Assembly (NCBI GenBank): GCA_947494155.1
Contig: CANLTW010000005.1
Span: forward strand, 1-64,000
DNA: 64,000 bases
Direction: 5' to 3'
Origin: Chlamydiota bacterium
GTDB taxonomy: Bacteria > Chlamydiota > Chlamydiia > Chlamydiales > RGXB01
Program-made: the position numbers and the translations under genes
Part shown: piece by piece, positions 10,152 through 20,473 of the stretch
Layout of the letters: every line of letters starts with the position of its first letter
Numbering within the stretch: position 1 is the first letter of the stretch
Notes under the pieces: generated by a model
Told to the model about the DNA's origin: nothing
Database searches by the model: none
What the model saw: only the letters and a program-made list of their open reading frames with translations

Positions 10152-11006
10152 ATGCGTCGTTTTCATCCTTTAAGTTCTCAAGAGTCTTCTGTCATTTTGC
10201 ACAAGGGGACAGAACGCCCTTATACCGGGGAATACGAAAATAATAAAGAGAGCGGTATCTATATCTGTCGGCAATGTGATGCCCCGCTCTATCTTTCCCA
10301 AGATAAGTTTGACTCTCATTGTGGCTGGCCCGCTTTCGATGACGCTTTAGACCAAGCGGTTGAAAAAATCGCGGATAAAGATGGGCGGCGCGTCGAGATT
10401 CTTTGCCAAAAATGCAAAGCGCACCTTGGACATGTTTTTTTAAATGAGGGTTTTACCCCCAAGAATACCAGACATTGCGTCAATTCCCTCTCCCTAAGAT
10501 TTATTCCGCTTAAAACCCCTAAAGGGATGATGCGAGCGATTTTTGCGGGGGGGTGCTTTTGGGGAATGCAGTATTACTTTGATAAGGCAATCGGGGTTAT
10601 CGAAACGACAGTAGGTTATACCGGCGGCCATGTTGTCCACCCTAGCTACGAAGAGGTTTGTTCTCATGAAACGGGCCATTACGAGGCTATCGAGGTGGTT
10701 TTTGACCCGTTGAAGACCGATTTTGAGACACTCACTAAGCTTTTTTTTGAGATTCATGATCCTACCCAAGAAAATGGGCAGGGGCCGGACATTGGCCCTC
10801 AATACAGATCTGCTATTTTCTATCTTTCCAATCCGCAGAAAATGTTGGCTCTGCGTCTAATTCAGGAACTTTCAAAAAAAGGGGTATCCGTTGCCACAGA
10901 TTTATTGCCTGCAACGACCTTTTACCCTGCAGAGCAAATCCACCAAAAGTACTATGAAAAAACCCTCAAAACACCCTATTGTCATTTTCGGACAAAACGG
11001 TTCTAA
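10152..11006 (+). CDS. msrAB: Bifunctional methionine sulfoxide reductase MsrB-MsrA
   Basis: GTERPYTG, CGWPAF, RHCVNS (MsrB) followed by AGGCFWG, GHYEAI, HDPTQ, QYRSAIF (MsrA); start at ATG 10152. Confidence 0.93.
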   Translation: MRRFHPLSSQESSVILHKGTERPYTGEYENNKESGIYICRQCDAPLYLSQDKFDSHCGWPAFDDALDQAVEKIADKDGRRVEILCQKCKAHLGHVFLNEGFTPKNTRHCVNSLSLRFIPLKTPKGMMRAIFAGGCFWGMQYYFDKAIGVIETTVGYTGGHVVHPSYEEVCSHETGHYEAIEVVFDPLKTDFETLTKLFFEIHDPTQENGQGPDIGPQYRSAIFYLSNPQKMLALRLIQELSKKGVSVATDLLPATTFYPAEQIHQKYYEKTLKTPYCHFRTKRF

Positions 11007-11020
11007 GAGGGTTTTAAAAA

Positions 11021-12148
11021 CTACCAACCGCAGACCTGGGCCCCTTTGTCTTTCATCTCTTGAATCAGCTCAATAAGTGTTTTTTCAGACGTAAAAAGAT
11101 CGGGATCTTCAGTTAAAGAGGTAGAAATAATCTGCCCCATTCCCATCGATTTAAATATCTTTTGACCCCTCGATGGATCTTTGATTTGCTCTACCAAAGA
11201 ACGCAAAAAGCTTGTGGATTCTAACTCCTGGATCTGACTCAAAGGAGTGTCAATATCTGCATACATTTTTAAAAGAATATCCAGCTTGCCCCTTTCATGA
11301 GCAATTCTCTCCAATTCTAGGGGGATATCCTCTTGAAAACCTATGATCTCATACTCTTGAGAGGTCTCCTTACTTTCCAAAGCTGCATGCAATACAAGCT
11401 CCATCAAATCCCTTTTCTCTTTTGGGATGAGGTCTCTTATCTCAGCAATCATCTCCCAGTTCGCCCTCTTGAAGGCAGCGAGATCCATATCAGCCCGTTT
11501 TTCTCCCACAATTTGCAGAGCTCGCACAAGTATGTTCCATGGGCCTAAACCTACAAGCATACTCTTTTCCGGATAGGCTTCTTTAAGGACCAAAAAGGGG
11601 TTATCTAGTCCTAATGTAGCCATCATTTTTTCTATCGCCTCAAGATCCCATCTTCTAGATGATTGAAAAAGATTTTCCTCTTTCATCTTTTTGATTTCTA
11701 AAATTGCCTTAGCCACCTCGAGCTGTACTTGGGGACTGCCCTCGATCTTTCCGGAAAAAATCAGATGGAAATCGTGCACCAACTTCACCTCAGCAGGTAA
11801 CAGTCCTCTCATCAGAAGCTGTTCAAAAGCCGAAAGATTTTGAAAATCTCTTGAAAAATAGTCTCTTATAATACCCTGGCTGATTACAGGATCCAATGGG
11901 GCCTTAGATTCTACGATTTTTCGATACAAAGTTTCTACTCGCCGGACTGTGCTATCCCATAATGCTTTTATCTGCACTTGACGTCTTGTGTTGAATGCAA
12001 CATACGCTAATCCTCCGATAATTGCTCCTGAGGCTATGGTGGATACCAAGTCCCAGCTACTTTGTTGTTGGACCTCATTACATAAGCTAACAAAAACAGC
12101 TCCGTTCCAAAAATATTCACATTGTGTTTGAGAAACTTCCGTTCGCAT
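11021..12148 (-). CDS. Hypothetical protein with one N-proximal hydrophobic segment
   Basis: Long ORF, no recognised family; first ATG at 12148 (track start 12190). Confidence 0.6.
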   Translation of the reverse strand: MRTEVSQTQCEYFWNGAVFVSLCNEVQQQSSWDLVSTIASGAIIGGLAYVAFNTRRQVQIKALWDSTVRRVETLYRKIVESKAPLDPVISQGIIRDYFSRDFQNLSAFEQLLMRGLLPAEVKLVHDFHLIFSGKIEGSPQVQLEVAKAILEIKKMKEENLFQSSRRWDLEAIEKMMATLGLDNPFLVLKEAYPEKSMLVGLGPWNILVRALQIVGEKRADMDLAAFKRANWEMIAEIRDLIPKEKRDLMELVLHAALESKETSQEYEIIGFQEDIPLELERIAHERGKLDILLKMYADIDTPLSQIQELESTSFLRSLVEQIKDPSRGQKIFKSMGMGQIISTSLTEDPDLFTSEKTLIELIQEMKDKGAQVCGW

Positions 12149-12238
12149 AAATACCCTTAAGCAGTGTAAAACACTTCCTAAGATAGGCAAAGACCCTTTT
12201 TAATGTGAAGCAAAATGCAAGCAAGAATTAAGAAAAAT

Positions 12239-12922
12239 TTAAGATCGAGGCTTTTCCACAAGAAGACCATCTTCCATATGCACGACTCTGTCAGCGTAGG
12301 AAAAAATTCTTGGGTCATGTGTAACCACGATGATTGCTCTGTCTTTATTTAAAACCCTATTTTTAAGAATCTCCATCACCATTTCGCCCGTTTTGTGATC
12401 TAAATAGGCTGTAGGTTCATCACAGACAATTAATTTGGGCTCGTGAATGAACCCTCGGGCAATCGCTAACCGCTGCTGCTGCCCCCCGGACAACTCCCTG
12501 GGGCTTACGTGAAATTTATCTTCGAGATCTAGCTTACTCAAAAGCTCTTGGGCTTTTATTTCTGCTTCTATTGGCGCTACCCCATTCAGCAACAAGGGGA
12601 CGGCCACATTCTCTACAGCACTCAACATCGGAATCAAATTAAACGACTGAAAAACAAAACCGATATTATTTTTTCTAAAAACGGTCTTTTGTTCCTCATT
12701 CATCTCTTTGTATTCTTCACCAAAAACCCGGCAAACCCCCTCTTGGTAGGGTAATATACCCGCTAAAATTGAGATCAAGGTTGTTTTGCCGGACCCGGAG
12801 GGTCCCACAATCAAAAGAAGCTCTCCAGTGTTTACGGTCAGATCCACACCTTTAACTGCTTGGACCGCATTTGCTCCCGAGCCGTAAGTTTTAAAAAGTT
12901 TTTCACACCGTATCGCTTCCAT
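12239..12922 (-). CDS. ABC transporter ATP-binding protein (LolD/MacB/DevA-like)
   Basis: GPSGSGKTT, GFVFQSFNL, LSGGQQQR, CDEPT, VTHD. Confidence 0.93.
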   Translation of the reverse strand: MEAIRCEKLFKTYGSGANAVQAVKGVDLTVNTGELLLIVGPSGSGKTTLISILAGILPYQEGVCRVFGEEYKEMNEEQKTVFRKNNIGFVFQSFNLIPMLSAVENVAVPLLLNGVAPIEAEIKAQELLSKLDLEDKFHVSPRELSGGQQQRLAIARGFIHEPKLIVCDEPTAYLDHKTGEMVMEILKNRVLNKDRAIIVVTHDPRIFSYADRVVHMEDGLLVEKPRS

Positions 12923-12933
12923 ATATCCCTCTT

Positions 12934-14091
12934 TTAACTCTTGAAGACGATCGAAGCGTCCATCGTCTGGATTTTACGAAGCGAGACAAAGGAGGAGAGG
13001 GCGCAAATGAATCCCACAGAAATTGCAGAGGCTAAAAAGAGCCACCAGGTTAAAACAAACGCCAGCTCGCTATACTGGGTAAAAAAACCAGAAATAGATG
13101 CCGCCCCGGTTCCAATCCCCCACCCAATAGCTCCAACCCAAAAAGATTGTATGAGGATCATTTTCCTCACCATTCCTAGAGGGGCACCCATGGCGCGAAA
13201 AGTCGCAAAATAGCGAAGATTATCCAAAGTGAAATTGTAAAATGTTTGCCCGGCAATCGCTGTTCCGATAATAAATCCTAAAAGGACCGATATTCCGAAA
13301 TTGATCGGTATACCGGTATATTTTAGGTAATAAGAGATCGTTAACCACCTAAAATCTTGAGCATCGAAGGCCTTCAAACCGGTCGTTTTCTGAATAGTTT
13401 GCGCTAAAAGTTTGGGATCGACCCCCTCCTTGGCCTTGACCAGAACAAAAGAGAGGAGCTTTCTCTCATTCGGGGCAAAGTTTAACGCCCTATTGAACGT
13501 GGTGTAAATCACCGGTTGCGACTGGAAGGTTCTCGAGCTATTGCAGATTCCAACCACCTTTGCCCTGCGATCGTTGATCTCAATCACCTCCCCTATTGTG
13601 AGTGGTTTTTGATTGAGAGGAAAATCCAAAGAGAGCTTATTTGAAGCCCCCACATGATCCACAATGATCGCATCCGGATCTCTAAGTGAAACAATATTGC
13701 CCTCCATCATCACAGGTGGAGAACCGATGAGTGTGGCGCCATCAACACCAATTAATATACAATTTTGGTAATTTCCGCTTTTCAACCTCGCTTTCAATAT
13801 CCCTTTATAGAGGGGAACTGCCCAAGCTACTCCTTCAACTCCCCTAACTCTATAGAGGCTTGTGTCGGTCATCGGTTTCACATCGTCGATATACTGCACT
13901 TTCTCATCCATTACCCAAATATCGGGCTGAGGGGTATCATGGATGAATCCGACTGTTCTAAGCATAAGTCCGATAAAAATGGAGGCCTGCTGGACGATGA
14001 TAAATGAGGCAAAAGAGAGCCCCATAACAATACCGATGTATTTTGCTCTCTCATTGATCAACATCTTTAAGGCGTAGAGGTACATTCCCAA
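12934..14091 (-). CDS. ABC permease (FtsX/MacB/DevC-like)
   Basis: N-terminal TM, large periplasmic domain, C-terminal TMs with FATFRAMGA motif. Confidence 0.88.
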   Translation of the reverse strand: MGMYLYALKMLINERAKYIGIVMGLSFASFIIVQQASIFIGLMLRTVGFIHDTPQPDIWVMDEKVQYIDDVKPMTDTSLYRVRGVEGVAWAVPLYKGILKARLKSGNYQNCILIGVDGATLIGSPPVMMEGNIVSLRDPDAIIVDHVGASNKLSLDFPLNQKPLTIGEVIEINDRRAKVVGICNSSRTFQSQPVIYTTFNRALNFAPNERKLLSFVLVKAKEGVDPKLLAQTIQKTTGLKAFDAQDFRWLTISYYLKYTGIPINFGISVLLGFIIGTAIAGQTFYNFTLDNLRYFATFRAMGAPLGMVRKMILIQSFWVGAIGWGIGTGAASISGFFTQYSELAFVLTWWLFLASAISVGFICALSSFVSLRKIQTMDASIVFKS

Positions 14092-15476
14092 TCCCCGCCC
14101 AAAGATTTATAGATGGCGATAAGCCCCTCGGATAAAACCTGATTTGCCTCAATCCACTCATATTCGACCCCTAGATAGTACCACTCTTGAAGTAATGCCT
14201 CTGAAACTGGGCTTAATCCCGATTGAAAGCGGCCCAAAGCTAAAAGATAGGTCTCTTCAAAATCTCTATACTCGAGTTCGAGCGTCGAAATTTTCGTCTG
14301 CTGCTGTAGATAGGTAAAGAGGTTGTTCTCCACCTCCTGGAAAGCCTGAAGAATCGTGTTTTGATAACTATAAAGAGCCTCTTTTTGCTCGGCGCTCTTC
14401 ATGTCGACTTGCGATTGTATTTTCCCAAAATTGATTAAAGGTAAAACAACACCAGGTGTGATATCCCAGTAGCTGCTTTCAGGGCGAAACCATTTGTAAA
14501 AACGGCTCGCCTCATAACCGTAATTTCCAAAGAGGGAAAAGGTGGGGAAAAAATTGGCAACAGCCGCTGCGGTTCTATGGGCTGCAGCCGCTAGCTCTCT
14601 CTCTTTTTTCCGAATATCGGGGCGGCGTCTCAAAAGCTCTAAAGGGAATCCTAACGGCACGAGCCCTTTTGCAGCTAAAATAGGCCCTTTCGTATCCAAA
14701 TTAAAATTTTCGGGCAACTCGCCCAACAAAACTGCGATACGGTTATTCGCGTATTCGATTTGCATCTGGAGCTGGGGAATTTTAGCCTCGATTGCCCGAA
14801 TTTCCGCCCTTGAGGAATAAAATTTTTCCCAAGATTCCAATCCAGATTCCGCAAGAGATAAATTAAGACTATTTAAATCGGTTCGTACCCGTACCTGTTG
14901 TTTTAAATTTGCCACTTTTTTAGCAAAGGCTTTCACAAGGGTATAATTTCTTGCTACATCGGCTAATAAGGTGATGTAAAGTGCCCGAAAATCCTCTTGA
15001 GTAGCAAAAAAATCCATTTGAGCGGCAGTTTTGAGATTTCGTAGGCGTCCGAAAAGATCAATCTCCCAGTTTACGTCAAATCCTAGTTGGAAAAGGTTTT
15101 GTACCCTGGGGCCTAAGAAGGGGGAATCAAACAGATTTTGGCTTGTTCCATATCTGCTAAAAGTTCCATTAAAATCCAAATTTGGGAGGAGATTAGCCGT
15201 TTGCAGATTATAATAGGCACGCACCTGCTTGATTCTTTCAAAAGCAGCTAAAAGATCGAGATTTTTTTCGATCGCCTTTTCCATGAGTGTATCCAAAATC
15301 GGATCATCAAATTGTTTCCACCAGTCGGCTAAAGATACAGCCACAGGATCATTTTCCCCATTCGCCCCGTTTGCATTTTTGTAATCGGGAGGAGTCTCGC
15401 TATTTGGCTGATGATATTTGGGACCAACAGAGCAACTTAAGCAAAAAAAGAGGAAAAAAAGTCTAATTTTTCCCAT
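14067..15476 (-). CDS. Outer membrane efflux lipoprotein (NodT/OprM/TolC family)
   Basis: Lipoprotein-like LSCSVGPKY, WWKQFDDPILD, WEIDLFGRLR, RRPDIR, YKSLGGDW; start at ATG 15476 (track start 15509). Confidence 0.92.
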   Translation of the reverse strand: MGKIRLFFLFFCLSCSVGPKYHQPNSETPPDYKNANGANGENDPVAVSLADWWKQFDDPILDTLMEKAIEKNLDLLAAFERIKQVRAYYNLQTANLLPNLDFNGTFSRYGTSQNLFDSPFLGPRVQNLFQLGFDVNWEIDLFGRLRNLKTAAQMDFFATQEDFRALYITLLADVARNYTLVKAFAKKVANLKQQVRVRTDLNSLNLSLAESGLESWEKFYSSRAEIRAIEAKIPQLQMQIEYANNRIAVLLGELPENFNLDTKGPILAAKGLVPLGFPLELLRRRPDIRKKERELAAAAHRTAAAVANFFPTFSLFGNYGYEASRFYKWFRPESSYWDITPGVVLPLINFGKIQSQVDMKSAEQKEALYSYQNTILQAFQEVENNLFTYLQQQTKISTLELEYRDFEETYLLALGRFQSGLSPVSEALLQEWYYLGVEYEWIEANQVLSEGLIAIYKSLGGDWECTSTP

Positions 15477-16380
15477 TAGTATACCTTGTATTAGCCGGGA
15501 TCGATTCAATATATACGTCCATCACCTGACCGGCGTATACAGACGGATTAGAGCAATCAAACTCATAAATAACCACTAATACCCTAGAGTCTACTCTCTC
15601 TGCATTGTCCCCTGTGAGGTTTTTTTTCGGAACCATTAATGGCTCGGTGCGCACCCACTTGAGGGGAAAACTTAATGAACTATTACCCCTTACAAAAGCT
15701 TTTGCCGGTGTATTGGGTCGAAATCTCCAGGCATCATCTTCATCAATATTCACCCGCAAATGGTAAGGACATACAGGACCAAAAATAATCAGGCTCTCAT
15801 TAACGAAAAGGTTGGCGGCTTCCCCTTTGAAGATATTTCTTTGTAAAATTTTCCCGTCGCAAGGGGCTCTTATAAAAGATCGATCGATAAAAGTTTGCGC
15901 TGTTTTAATCCTTGCCTCTTGGACCTCAATTTGGGCCAAAGCGGTCTGCTTTTTGAAAAAAACCTGGTTGTAGGTATTCAAACTCACGGCCCTTTTATCT
16001 TTAAGAGCATCGTATAGGCTTAACTCGGTTATAGCATTTTCCAATTCAACTTGAGCTCTCTGCTTAGCTGCGATCGCCTCAATCAGTTGAGCCTCGTAGG
16101 TACGCGAATCTAGTTGAAAAACCGGATCCCCTTTTTTTAGTGTATCCCCTACTTTAACAAAAACTTCCCAAACGATCTCGTTGAACGGGGTGCCGATATA
16201 GATGTTATTGGTTGAGGCCTCTACAACTCCGCTACCTGCGATGGTATGCTCATAAGGGGATACCGAAGGGGGGAAAAGTATAGGGCGTAAAGGGGCTTTT
16301 TGCGCCCCTAAGATAATGGCACATATAGCTATAACAATACCAATACCTGAGGCAATAGGTAAACCTAGTCTTATAAGCAT
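15463..16380 (-). CDS. Periplasmic adaptor (HlyD/MFP family)
   Basis: N-terminal TM, VFVKVGDTLKKGDPVF lipoyl half-motif, coiled coil, IRAPCDG; first gene of the efflux operon. Confidence 0.88.
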   Translation of the reverse strand: MLIRLGLPIASGIGIVIAICAIILGAQKAPLRPILFPPSVSPYEHTIAGSGVVEASTNNIYIGTPFNEIVWEVFVKVGDTLKKGDPVFQLDSRTYEAQLIEAIAAKQRAQVELENAITELSLYDALKDKRAVSLNTYNQVFFKKQTALAQIEVQEARIKTAQTFIDRSFIRAPCDGKILQRNIFKGEAANLFVNESLIIFGPVCPYHLRVNIDEDDAWRFRPNTPAKAFVRGNSSLSFPLKWVRTEPLMVPKKNLTGDNAERVDSRVLVVIYEFDCSNPSVYAGQVMDVYIESIPANTRYTNGKN

Positions 16381-16488
16381 GTATTTCTTCAGTTAATCTT
16401 TTTGTTGAAAAAACGCAACATATTGATCTTAATTATCTTAAATTATCCCTAGTGGAAAAAAATAATAAATTATGATATATTTTAGGGG

Positions 16489-18300
16489 ATGTCTATAAAT
16501 TATCCCCCCCGTATTGAGGTAGGAAAGGTCCTTGAAAACCATTTGAAAGAAAAAATAGCTAATCGCGATTGGCTATATGATCTACTATTTTCAAAAAAGC
16601 TCCACCCCTCTAGCGACTTTCCCTTCGCCCTAAGCAAAAAAGGGGCGGCGATTTTATCGACAAAACGGTTTACCCCCCTAAAAAGGCAAAAGAACGCAAA
16701 AACGAAAGTAGACCCGCAAGAGATAGCATACTGGGTGACGATCCCCACCTCCATACAACCTCAAATGCCCGCCGATCCTGAAAAGCATCCCCTCTATGAT
16801 AAAATCCAGAATCAGGTGAAACTCCTCAGTGAGGAGGGTTTTTACGAAAAAGATAAAAAAAGCTCCATATCAGAGGCGAAATCGAGGCTTTTTGTCTGTT
16901 TTGGAATGAATCAATACAAATCCATCGACCAGGCCTTAAACAAGGAATTTATCCGAGCCGTGAACAACCTTCCCGTGCAAAAAGGGCTACACTTCGAAGC
17001 TGAGGGGTTTTTCTGGAAAATTCCTTTTAGCTACAAAAAAGGGGGAAAAGCCCCCGCTTTCCTTGATAAGCCACGTAAAGCCTTTAAAAAGGTGAAGATC
17101 CTTGATCCGAAAAAAGCGGTTGTATTGCGTCAAGAACTGGAGCTTAACGGCCAGGGTAAACTGCATCCCACAATTTTAGAAAGAATCCCTTTTTGCAAAA
17201 TTCGTAATCGGATTCTTAAAAGCGAGGCAACAGACCGTTTGACCGACACCTTGATAAACGCAGCTCCTGAGAATACCCATTACTTTTTGACGATGGATGA
17301 TGATGCCCTCTCTTTAAAGGGGGAAAAAGGGTACTTTAAGCTTCTGGATGAGACTATTTTGGATGCTCTTGTTGAGGCGAATCCCTTCCCCTCACTTGTC
17401 AGTTTTGGTTACAGCCTACCAGAAACTGCTGGAAAGCTTTCCAAGGTTGCCACAAAAATCGATATGGCTGTCCGCTCGGCGATGCACGCCTGTTTTCCCC
17501 TCTCCTGTTACATGCCGGAACCTGGGGTCGCCTACCTTAGCGGCTACGGAGGAGATGAACTGAAAAACTTCCTCCAAAATGCTACTTTTGAACCCCAAAA
17601 AGTTCCTAGTAGAGACATGGAATCAAGGCGAATGATCGAAAGTCTGGAACAATCGGGTCTTTTAGACCCCAAAGAGACTATCTTCAAAAACGTTCGTGCC
17701 TTAACTACTTCCGAGCCCCCCAGAATGGCCGCAATTTCCCAGAAATTTGCTCTAATAAGCCCTGAAGACTTGAAAAAAACAGATGTGATAAAAGAGCTCA
17801 AAAAACAGTCTCAAAACCATTTTAAAGCAAGGAGCTTTGCTCAAAATCTCTATTTTGCCCTCCCCGATAAATTCAAGTCTTTCGTAGGCGCTTATGGGGC
17901 CATCGTTATACCCATTTCTCAAATTTTTAAGGTTTTTGATCCGCTAGAGTTGCAAAAACTTTTGTTGGAAAACAAATTTATTTTGGATGAAGAGACTGCT
18001 TTCAATGCAGCTTTTGAACTTTACCTCCCCTATATCTCAGCGCTTAAAGACAAAAACAACACCCCTGACGATTGGCTAACCCATTCTGTTTTGACAAAAG
18101 AGGAGATTCAACAGATTTTTGCCATAGGGAGACAATCCCTATTAGACGCCTTTCAAGCCTTTGAGACGTACTTTTTGCAACACGATGTTGCATGGAACAA
18201 TAATGAAAAACAAAAAGTTGAAAAAACGGCACAAGCCGCCTGTTTAGCCATTTACGAAACGCTCCAAGTCATCCTAGAAAAAAATTCGTTCAATTTCTAA
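16489..18300 (+). CDS. Hypothetical protein, possible GT-A-like (DxD) domain
   Basis: 603-aa ORF; KIRNRIL...HYFLTMDDDA pattern; family not confirmed. Confidence 0.5.
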   Translation: MSINYPPRIEVGKVLENHLKEKIANRDWLYDLLFSKKLHPSSDFPFALSKKGAAILSTKRFTPLKRQKNAKTKVDPQEIAYWVTIPTSIQPQMPADPEKHPLYDKIQNQVKLLSEEGFYEKDKKSSISEAKSRLFVCFGMNQYKSIDQALNKEFIRAVNNLPVQKGLHFEAEGFFWKIPFSYKKGGKAPAFLDKPRKAFKKVKILDPKKAVVLRQELELNGQGKLHPTILERIPFCKIRNRILKSEATDRLTDTLINAAPENTHYFLTMDDDALSLKGEKGYFKLLDETILDALVEANPFPSLVSFGYSLPETAGKLSKVATKIDMAVRSAMHACFPLSCYMPEPGVAYLSGYGGDELKNFLQNATFEPQKVPSRDMESRRMIESLEQSGLLDPKETIFKNVRALTTSEPPRMAAISQKFALISPEDLKKTDVIKELKKQSQNHFKARSFAQNLYFALPDKFKSFVGAYGAIVIPISQIFKVFDPLELQKLLLENKFILDEETAFNAAFELYLPYISALKDKNNTPDDWLTHSVLTKEEIQQIFAIGRQSLLDAFQAFETYFLQHDVAWNNNEKQKVEKTAQAACLAIYETLQVILEKNSFNF

Positions 18301-18332
18301 ACCCTCTTCTATTAGAAAAAACTCACAGCCAT

Positions 18333-19625
18333 TTAATAAATTCCTGGAAGAATTTTGTAGGGGACTTTTTTGCAATAACGGGCCCAGTCCTCTTTATATC
18401 TTTTTTGGCATCTTTGGTCATTTCGATTTGCTCTATCAACAAGCAGGGCCAATAAAAAAACAAAATAAAACCACGGGAGCGCCAGCGAAAACCCAACAGG
18501 GATAGTCCATAAAAATGCTCCTGAAAGCTCCAGTACATACCTGAAATTACGAGAAATACCCCATAGCCCCCCGGTAATCAGAGGATACAAATTCCCCTTG
18601 TCCTCCCCCTCTTTTGAGACCGCCTTGATATATTCGATTTCGAAAAGCTTTTGATTTTTTTGGAATTGCTCTCTCAAAATCATACGCTGGTAATCACACC
18701 AAAAATTCATCAAAATGGCGATAGAGCCCGTTGTAAAAATCAAAATAGCCGTAAGTAGATGAAGGGTTTCGGGCATTTGTACTAAAAAAAGGGGCACTGA
18801 GGTGTAGATAACAGGTAGCCATACTAAACAGCCCCAACAAATATAGTAGCCTGCCCGATCATGCATAATATCGATTGAACGCATATACCCTTTTTCCCAG
18901 ATGAAAAATTTTGTAATGTAGACGAGTTGTAAAGCGACACTCACCCACATGGCATGTGTTAAACCCCCTCCCCCCTTTTGGGCATACAAATAGGATAAAA
19001 TAATCAGGGGCCAGCTCATCATTCCAAATCGGCAGTTGGTCCACTGTTTAAGGTCTATACCCCACATACGCGGATACAGCTCAGTGCCCCAATAAAAGTC
19101 GAAAATAGGGTTGTTTGTCTTGCCTTGATCAGATGAAGAGGGAAAATAGATCCCTTTAAGGTATAAAAATGCACAAAAACCTAAACTAAACAGATTCATA
19201 GTCCCTATGCATTCCCCAAAGTGGGTGTAGAGCAGCTCAGGACGAAAAAAAGTTGTTGTGTGGGTGAGAATAAAAAAAAGTGCCACAGTAATTAGGAAAC
19301 AGGCTAACCCATTTTCTTTATACACAGGGATATTCCCGTTTGCTGTCCTGGGGCCGAAAAACTTTTTCCCCGGGATAAACTTCATCAAAAGGATCTCCAA
19401 AACCATAAAGCACCCAATGGATATCCAGGAAAACTTGGAACCAAAAAAAACGGGGCCGATGATTGTAATCAATCCAAAGAAAAATCCCTCTTGAGAAAAA
19501 AAATGGATTAAGTTGACTAAAGAGCCCTGTAACTCAGTGGCTGTGTACCAGAAAACAAAAGCAAAAAGCGGCGTAGCCACCATCAAAAAAAGGGGAGCTA
19601 AAGTATAACGGAAAAAATGGGCCAT
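18333..19625 (-). CDS. 7-dehydrocholesterol (sterol delta-7) reductase, ERG4/ERG24 family
   Basis: FYWGTELYPR, NCRFGMMSW, DIMHDRAGYYICWGCLVW, DQRCQKRY..W..YCKKVPYKILPGIY match DWF5/DHCR7-type motifs. Confidence 0.92.
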   Translation of the reverse strand: MAHFFRYTLAPLFLMVATPLFAFVFWYTATELQGSLVNLIHFFSQEGFFFGLITIIGPVFFGSKFSWISIGCFMVLEILLMKFIPGKKFFGPRTANGNIPVYKENGLACFLITVALFFILTHTTTFFRPELLYTHFGECIGTMNLFSLGFCAFLYLKGIYFPSSSDQGKTNNPIFDFYWGTELYPRMWGIDLKQWTNCRFGMMSWPLIILSYLYAQKGGGGLTHAMWVSVALQLVYITKFFIWEKGYMRSIDIMHDRAGYYICWGCLVWLPVIYTSVPLFLVQMPETLHLLTAILIFTTGSIAILMNFWCDYQRMILREQFQKNQKLFEIEYIKAVSKEGEDKGNLYPLITGGLWGISRNFRYVLELSGAFLWTIPVGFSLALPWFYFVFLLALLVDRANRNDQRCQKRYKEDWARYCKKVPYKILPGIY

Positions 19626-20473
19626 TAAAGCGAAATCCTTACCTCGATGGAGGCGTTTTTTTGTGTAACAATTCTGGGGTTAATAGCCGCGATCGGCTCA
19701 ATACAGATAAAAGGGCTATCCTCACGACGGTAGAGCTGGAAGGAGAGATCAGGGGACGCTTTTGCCTGAATCAAGAGAATGGATCCCCCCATTCTTATTT
19801 CCACTTCACCGAAGCCCTCTTTATCCAGTTGCGGAGAGAAAGTATAGTCTAAAGGTTTATCCACCGGTATTTTTAGCCCCCGATCCCCTAGCCATTCGGG
19901 AGGAACCGACTTCTTATTTAGCTTATCATAGTAAAAAGGGGCACCAACTAAATCTACAGTCTTCATCGAATGGTCTAGAGCGTAGTAGGTGTGTAGACCT
20001 ACAACTACAGGTTGGGAGGTGCTTTTAGCTTTGTAGACAATTTTTAGTTCCCGATTCGAGACTGTTGCCTCAAATTCCATAACAAAATCAAAACCCTCAA
20101 TCTCACCAAGAGTGATCCCTTCAATCGTATCGTGTGAATCCAGTATGGCATGAAAGGAGTTCTTTTGTTGTCGAGTCACTTTCCAAGGAACATACCTGGC
20201 TATCCCGTGCGAAAAGGGCTCGGCCTCCCTTCTAAACTGGAGTTTTGTTGCGAGTTTATCCAAGATGCCGTCGTCCAAGTAGGGTATAGTATCTATCACT
20301 CTGTGATGAAAATGGGGGCCAATAAGAGGTCCCAGCCCTCTTGAACTCTCTAAGAATTCTTTTTGTGTCGATTGCTCAATCAGCTCATGACCCTCAATAA
20401 TCAGGCTCATTAAGTTCAAACCCTTTTGGGGATTGAAAGTAGCTTTTACCCCTTTATCCTCTAAAATAATCAT
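19625..20473 (-). CDS. Aldose 1-epimerase (galactose mutarotase)-like protein
   Basis: HGIARY, GLHTYY, FICIEP motifs. Confidence 0.75.
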   Translation of the reverse strand: MIILEDKGVKATFNPQKGLNLMSLIIEGHELIEQSTQKEFLESSRGLGPLIGPHFHHRVIDTIPYLDDGILDKLATKLQFRREAEPFSHGIARYVPWKVTRQQKNSFHAILDSHDTIEGITLGEIEGFDFVMEFEATVSNRELKIVYKAKSTSQPVVVGLHTYYALDHSMKTVDLVGAPFYYDKLNKKSVPPEWLGDRGLKIPVDKPLDYTFSPQLDKEGFGEVEIRMGGSILLIQAKASPDLSFQLYRREDSPFICIEPIAAINPRIVTQKNASIEVRISL

